NCBI GenBank assembly: GCA_963718615.1
Contig: OY970368.1
Span: 5,376,001 to 5,440,000, forward strand
DNA length: 64,000 nucleotides
Source of the DNA: an uncultured cyanobacterium
Lineage (GTDB): Bacteria; Cyanobacteriota; Cyanobacteriia; PCC-9006; JAAUQQ01
Reading direction: 5' to 3'
In this document: positions 60,224 to 64,000 of the stretch, piece by piece
Numbering within the stretch: the first letter of the stretch is position 1
Layout: every line of letters starts with the position of its first letter
Notes under the pieces: model-generated
The model's input: the letters and a program-made list of their open reading frames with translations, nothing else
What the model was told of the DNA's origin: nothing
Databases searched by the model: none
Program-made: the position numbers and the translations under genes

Positions 60224-60997
60224 TTACCAGAGCAAGCCTTCCTGCTGGAGATCTTCAATCATTTGCAGCGCGCGGGGATCTCCCACCTTGAGGAGCGACG
60301 CTTTGGCGTCTTCGCGGACGCTCATGTCTTCGTCTTCCACCAGGGTTTCAATCAGGGCGTCGATGGCCGTGGCGTAGACGACATTGGACGGTAAATCCCG
60401 GCAGAGCTGACCCAAGGACCAAGCGCAGTTGCTCCGAACCACGGCCATGGCATCCTGGCGCATGGCGGCAATGAGCGGGGGAATAGCGCTGATCATGGCG
60501 TCATAGTCGATGGTGGACATTTGTCCGAGGGAACTGGCAGCCCAGAGGCGGACGGCGGCAATATCCATGCGCAGGGCTTCGAGCAAGGGGGCCACACAGC
60601 GGCGATCGCCACAGTTCCCCAAAGCCCAAACCACCCCCTTGCGCACATAGCCATTCCAATCCTCAAGCTGCCGAATTAAAGGCTCGACCGCCTCCGCACT
60701 AGGATTGCGGCCCAGAGCATAGGCGGCGCTGACGCGGGTCAGCGGGCAAGGATCGCTGAGCAGAACCATGAGCTGCGGAATCGCCCGAGGGTCTTCGATT
60801 TGGCAAAAGGCCCGCGTGGCCAGCATCCGCTGCTGGGGATCGGCGGAGCTGAGCAAGGGCAGCATGATATTTGGATCCGGTGCGGGCGGCTCCTCAGCCA
60901 CCTGGTCCAGGGGATCCATATTATCCAAGGGGCTGTCGAGTGCATCGACGGGATCGAGCTCCTCAGATTCAAATTCGTCCAACTCAAACTCATCCAT
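60224..60997 (-). CDS. HEAT (PBS-lyase-like) repeat protein
   Basis: RVSAAYALG, VRKGVVWALG, VRLWAASSLG, VRSNCAWSLG. Confidence 0.88.
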   Translation of the reverse strand: MDEFELDEFESEELDPVDALDSPLDNMDPLDQVAEEPPAPDPNIMLPLLSSADPQQRMLATRAFCQIEDPRAIPQLMVLLSDPCPLTRVSAAYALGRNPSAEAVEPLIRQLEDWNGYVRKGVVWALGNCGDRRCVAPLLEALRMDIAAVRLWAASSLGQMSTIDYDAMISAIPPLIAAMRQDAMAVVRSNCAWSLGQLCRDLPSNVVYATAIDALIETLVEDEDMSVREDAKASLLKVGDPRALQMIEDLQQEGLLW

Positions 60998-61006
60998 ATT
61001 GAAAAT

Positions 61007-61555
61007 TTAACATCCCTCGTCATCCCTCGGGCGTGAGGGGCTGAAGAGAGGCTTAATCAGGGCGATGGACTGGGCTTGATACCCCAGGGAGGCATAGAGG
61101 GAAAGCGCTGGGGCATTGTGGTGGAAGACCTGGAGGCTAATTTGGCGATCGCCCCGTTGTTTAGCCCAATCCTCCGCCTGCATCATCAGCCCTCGGCCCA
61201 ATCCCCGACGCCGATGGGCCGGGTCCACATAGAGCAAAAAAATATGGGCATGGCGATCGCCCCGGACCTGATCCACCGCCGTTCCCATCCACAAACAAGC
61301 CACGGGGCCAGGGGGCGCGGGGATGAGGGGACGGATTAAGCGGGGGCGTTGCTCGGGGGGAGCACCGTCCGACGGATCAATCCACCACAGAGGCGTATCC
61401 CGCGACAAATAAGCTTCAACGGTATGGGCCAGGTGGGCAAACCCCTGCTGGGGATACAGCTCTTGGTAGGTGCGCTGCATAAACTGCACAAGCTTGGCCC
61501 GATCGAGCAGGGAGCCTAGGCGAAGCTGGTAGGGGGGAGGGAGGGCGATCGCCAT
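61007..61555 (-). CDS. GNAT acetyltransferase
   Basis: LYVDPAHRRRGLG, N.PA..LY..LGY. Confidence 0.9.
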   Translation of the reverse strand: MAIALPPPYQLRLGSLLDRAKLVQFMQRTYQELYPQQGFAHLAHTVEAYLSRDTPLWWIDPSDGAPPEQRPRLIRPLIPAPPGPVACLWMGTAVDQVRGDRHAHIFLLYVDPAHRRRGLGRGLMMQAEDWAKQRGDRQISLQVFHHNAPALSLYASLGYQAQSIALIKPLFSPSRPRDDEGC

Positions 61556-61560
61556 TCAAT

Positions 61561-61734
61561 CTAAGTCGTCCTCAATCGCCCAAGGGTCTTGGAAACCTCG
61601 GCCAGGGAAACATCCACTGGAGCCGGTCCAGACATGCCATCGGGCAAAAAGCTACGGAAGCTCACCGCTGCCAACGCCACCAAAAAGACCAGCAAAATCA
61701 GAAAGGGGGCTATGTATTGACGAAAAATGGCCAT
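61561..61734 (-). CDS. Small single-TM protein
   Basis: MAIFRQYIAPFLILLVFLVALAAVS.RSFLP.GM..PAP; lies in a co-oriented gene string. Confidence 0.65.
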   Translation of the reverse strand: MAIFRQYIAPFLILLVFLVALAAVSFRSFLPDGMSGPAPVDVSLAEVSKTLGRLRTT

Positions 61735-61851
61735 GGCGTCACGAACCGAGAATTTCAGGACAGCATCTGCTCCTATCCTATTACCTTCTTGACGATTCCC
61801 TACTTGACCGAGACCCATGGACAAGACCCATACGCCAAAACTTGCTCCTGA

Positions 61852-62610
61852 CTAGGAGAGACGAATAACCTGGGTCTCCACTTGGCCCTGGGGAAACAGC
61901 CGCAGCAGACGAAAGCCAGGACGGGCCTCATCGATTTCGAGGCGCTCGGTTTGGGGCCGAAACTGCATAGAGGTGGACGGCGTGCCGAGATAAAGCACGC
62001 CGTTGCGTTCCTGCTCGAAGGCTTGGTGGATATGGCCATTGAGGACGACTTTGACCTGGGGATGACGATCGACCAAGGCCAAAAAATCTGCGGCATTTTC
62101 CAGACCCATGGCATCCATCCAGGGGGAGTGAATCGGCAACGGAGGGTGGTGCAGGGCAATCAACGTCGGGGTTTGAGCAGAACAATCGAGCTGAGTCTCT
62201 AGCCAGTCGAGCGAATTCTCGGAGAGTCGGCCCTGAACCTGCTGGGGCAGTTGGGTATCGAGCAACAGCATTTGCCAACCGCCGATCCGAATCGATGGGC
62301 TGTGGCTAAAGGGGGGTTGCCCGAGGACGGCGTTGCAGGCGGCGCGGTTTTGATCGTGGTTCCCTGGTAGCCAATAGGTGGGAATTTGCAGGGGCGCGAT
62401 CGCCTCCCACAACAGCCGATAGGATTCGAGGGAATCATCTTGGGAAAGATCGCCGGTCAGTAGCAGCCCGTCTAGGGGCAGTTGGGCTTTGAGGGCCTCA
62501 AGCACCGCAGCGAAACTATGGGCGGTGACACAGCCCAGCATTTGCTGATTGAGATCGGCAAACAGGTGGGTGTCGGTGAGTTGGGCGATCGTCAGGGGAA
62601 AAGACTCCAT
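61852..62610 (-). CDS. cpdA: 3',5'-cyclic-AMP phosphodiesterase (Icc/CpdA metallophosphoesterase)
   Basis: QLTDTH, TGDLSQD, PGNHD, LHHPP, GHIHQ, TPST..QF.P. Confidence 0.9.
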   Translation of the reverse strand: MESFPLTIAQLTDTHLFADLNQQMLGCVTAHSFAAVLEALKAQLPLDGLLLTGDLSQDDSLESYRLLWEAIAPLQIPTYWLPGNHDQNRAACNAVLGQPPFSHSPSIRIGGWQMLLLDTQLPQQVQGRLSENSLDWLETQLDCSAQTPTLIALHHPPLPIHSPWMDAMGLENAADFLALVDRHPQVKVVLNGHIHQAFEQERNGVLYLGTPSTSMQFRPQTERLEIDEARPGFRLLRLFPQGQVETQVIRLS

Positions 62611-62826
62611 CCCAATATGTTCCCAAATGTTATTTAGAGAAGTTTTACAAAGTTACGAAAATCTTCCCATATTTAAACTTCTGTTCAACTTCTGTCCGAC
62701 CTCGGATTAAGATGAGTTACGGCTCTCAAGGGTTACCCATGCTTCCGCAATTGGAAACCAGTAGCCTGGATTTTGGAGCCTAGAAAACGTTTTTAGCTAA
62801 CGTTTTTTGGAGCTAATCTTGCAACT

Positions 62827-62979
62827 ATGTCTTTTATTGCCCCTTTGGCCATTGTTCTCTGTCTAGTGACTTTCTCAATTCTTTTATTGATTGGTTTAGT
62901 CTCGGTGCCCTGGCCCATGTTGCTGGTCCTGCTGGTCGTCGGCTGGATCGTAACCCAGCGCATCATTCGACTGACTTAG
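62827..62979 (+). CDS. Putative 50-aa hydrophobic small protein (not in the ORF track)
   Basis: MSFIAPLAIVLCLVTFSILLLIGLVSVPWPMLLVLLVVGWIVTQRIIRLT; two hydrophobic stretches. Confidence 0.45.
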   Translation: MSFIAPLAIVLCLVTFSILLLIGLVSVPWPMLLVLLVVGWIVTQRIIRLT

Positions 62980-63594
62980 GGTTCACAGACCTAGAGTTCA
63001 CAGACCCAGAGTTCACAGACCTACTCTTCAGCGAGCGGCTGCCTGCTCCCTTGGTGCCTTCCGGTTGGCCACCACGGGGTTTTTGGGGACGGTTCCAGAA
63101 TTTGGGCGCAGAGGGTGCGGCTTCGGTTATGAGGTTGTCGGTCGTGAGGTCGTCGGTCGCGACACTAGCGGGTAAGGCGGGAGGCAGAGCAGCAGAGGGC
63201 AAAACGGCGGAGTGCTGAGGCAAAAGCGTTTTAAGTTTGGCGATCGCCCAAGCGGTCCAGCCAGAGGCCCAGCGATACCAGCGGTTTTGGCGGGAAGACT
63301 GAGTTCGAGCGGGATGGGGGGCGATCGCAAGTTCAGAAATCGCAAGTTCAGAATCACAGGGCCGATGGGACATGACAGATCCTCCTAGCATGCAGGTTCG
63401 TCGGCTAATCTAGAGAGGGAGTTGGCGTCCGTCGATGGGGGTCGGGGGGAGCAACCGGTGGGGAGGGAAGCCCCGTCTTGTTCTCTCGTCTTGTTCTGAG
63501 CTCCTTGCTACGGAATAGGCATAGGGTTGTGTGACCTAGCAACGCCACTCTTGGAAAATTGTTGTTTCCGAAGACCCGTTAATCAGGTGAACCG

Positions 63595-64000
63595 GTGAGT
63601 AAGCAAAATCAGCCCAGCCAACCCAGCGACGGATTTAAAATCGTCAGCGACAATCGCCAAGCCCGCTTCCAGTACCACATTCTGGCGACCTATGAGGCGG
63701 GAATTGTCCTGCAAGGGACGGAGGTCAAATCGATTCGGGAAGGCCGGGTGAATCTGCGGGATGGCTTTGCGCTGTTGCGAGATGGGGAACTCTGGCTGCT
63801 GAATGTCCATGTGTCTCCCCACCCCACTGCGGCTCAGTTTTTTAATCACGATCCCCGCCGCACGCGCAAACTGCTGCTCCATCGCGAGGAGATTCGGCGG
63901 TTGATTGGCAAAGTCGAGCAAAAGGGGCTGACGCTGGTGCCGCTGAAGATGTATCTAAAAAAGGGACTTGTAAAAGTCACCATTGGCCTCGGTCAGGGCA
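63595..64000 (+). CDS. smpB: SsrA-binding protein; 3' end runs off the window
   Basis: Manual translation: KIVSDNRQARFQYHILATYEAGIVLQGTEVKSIR...NHDPRRTRKLLLHREEI...GLTLVPL. Confidence 0.95.
   Translation, partial: MSKQNQPSQPSDGFKIVSDNRQARFQYHILATYEAGIVLQGTEVKSIREGRVNLRDGFALLRDGELWLLNVHVSPHPTAAQFFNHDPRRTRKLLLHREEIRRLIGKVEQKGLTLVPLKMYLKKGLVKVTIGLGQG

Noticed and set aside
39-63330. Frequent GCGATCGC octamers as a novel repeat
   Set aside because: This is the known cyanobacterial HIP1 sequence. It also occurs inside the island, so no depletion claim is made.
62963-63391. 142-aa minus-strand ORF
   Set aside because: Low complexity, partly made of tandem duplications, with no recognisable domain; it cannot be supported, though it is not excluded.

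Overview
Cyanobacterial chromosomal window: the HIP1 octamer GCGATCGC is abundant, and raf1, pxcA, psaL and ycf35 are present. Most of it is housekeeping and signalling genes: ureE/ureF, a PotABCD-like ABC importer with a probable NtcA promoter, raf1, pxcA, an RRM protein, an RpaB/SrrA-type regulator, rimM, argB, frr, pyrH, a fused selD, ilvA, cpdA and partial smpB. The most striking region is an AT-richer accessory island at about 26.6-33.8 kb. There, an intact purine-nucleosidase (PNP/MTAN) gene ends in a small helical domain that recurs at the N-terminus of the next, translationally coupled gene. That gene is a STAND-like P-loop NTPase. It continues, past one in-frame TGA, into 8-9 near-identical 87-bp (29-aa) repeats that differ essentially only at one 3-residue position (NSH/HPH/NFD/SKE). 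This reads as a split NLR-like immune system: a repeat-coded sensor plus a separate nucleotide-degrading effector joined by homotypic adaptor domains. The island is preceded by a truncated second nucleosidase and a MITE-like element, and followed by toxin-antitoxin debris. Secondary candidates are a cytochrome c peroxidase / hybrid kinase / Rieske / receiver operon, a solitary C-terminally short PsaL, a half glycosyltransferase and a His-tailed ferrochelatase paralog. All calls come from reading motifs by eye; no database searches were run.
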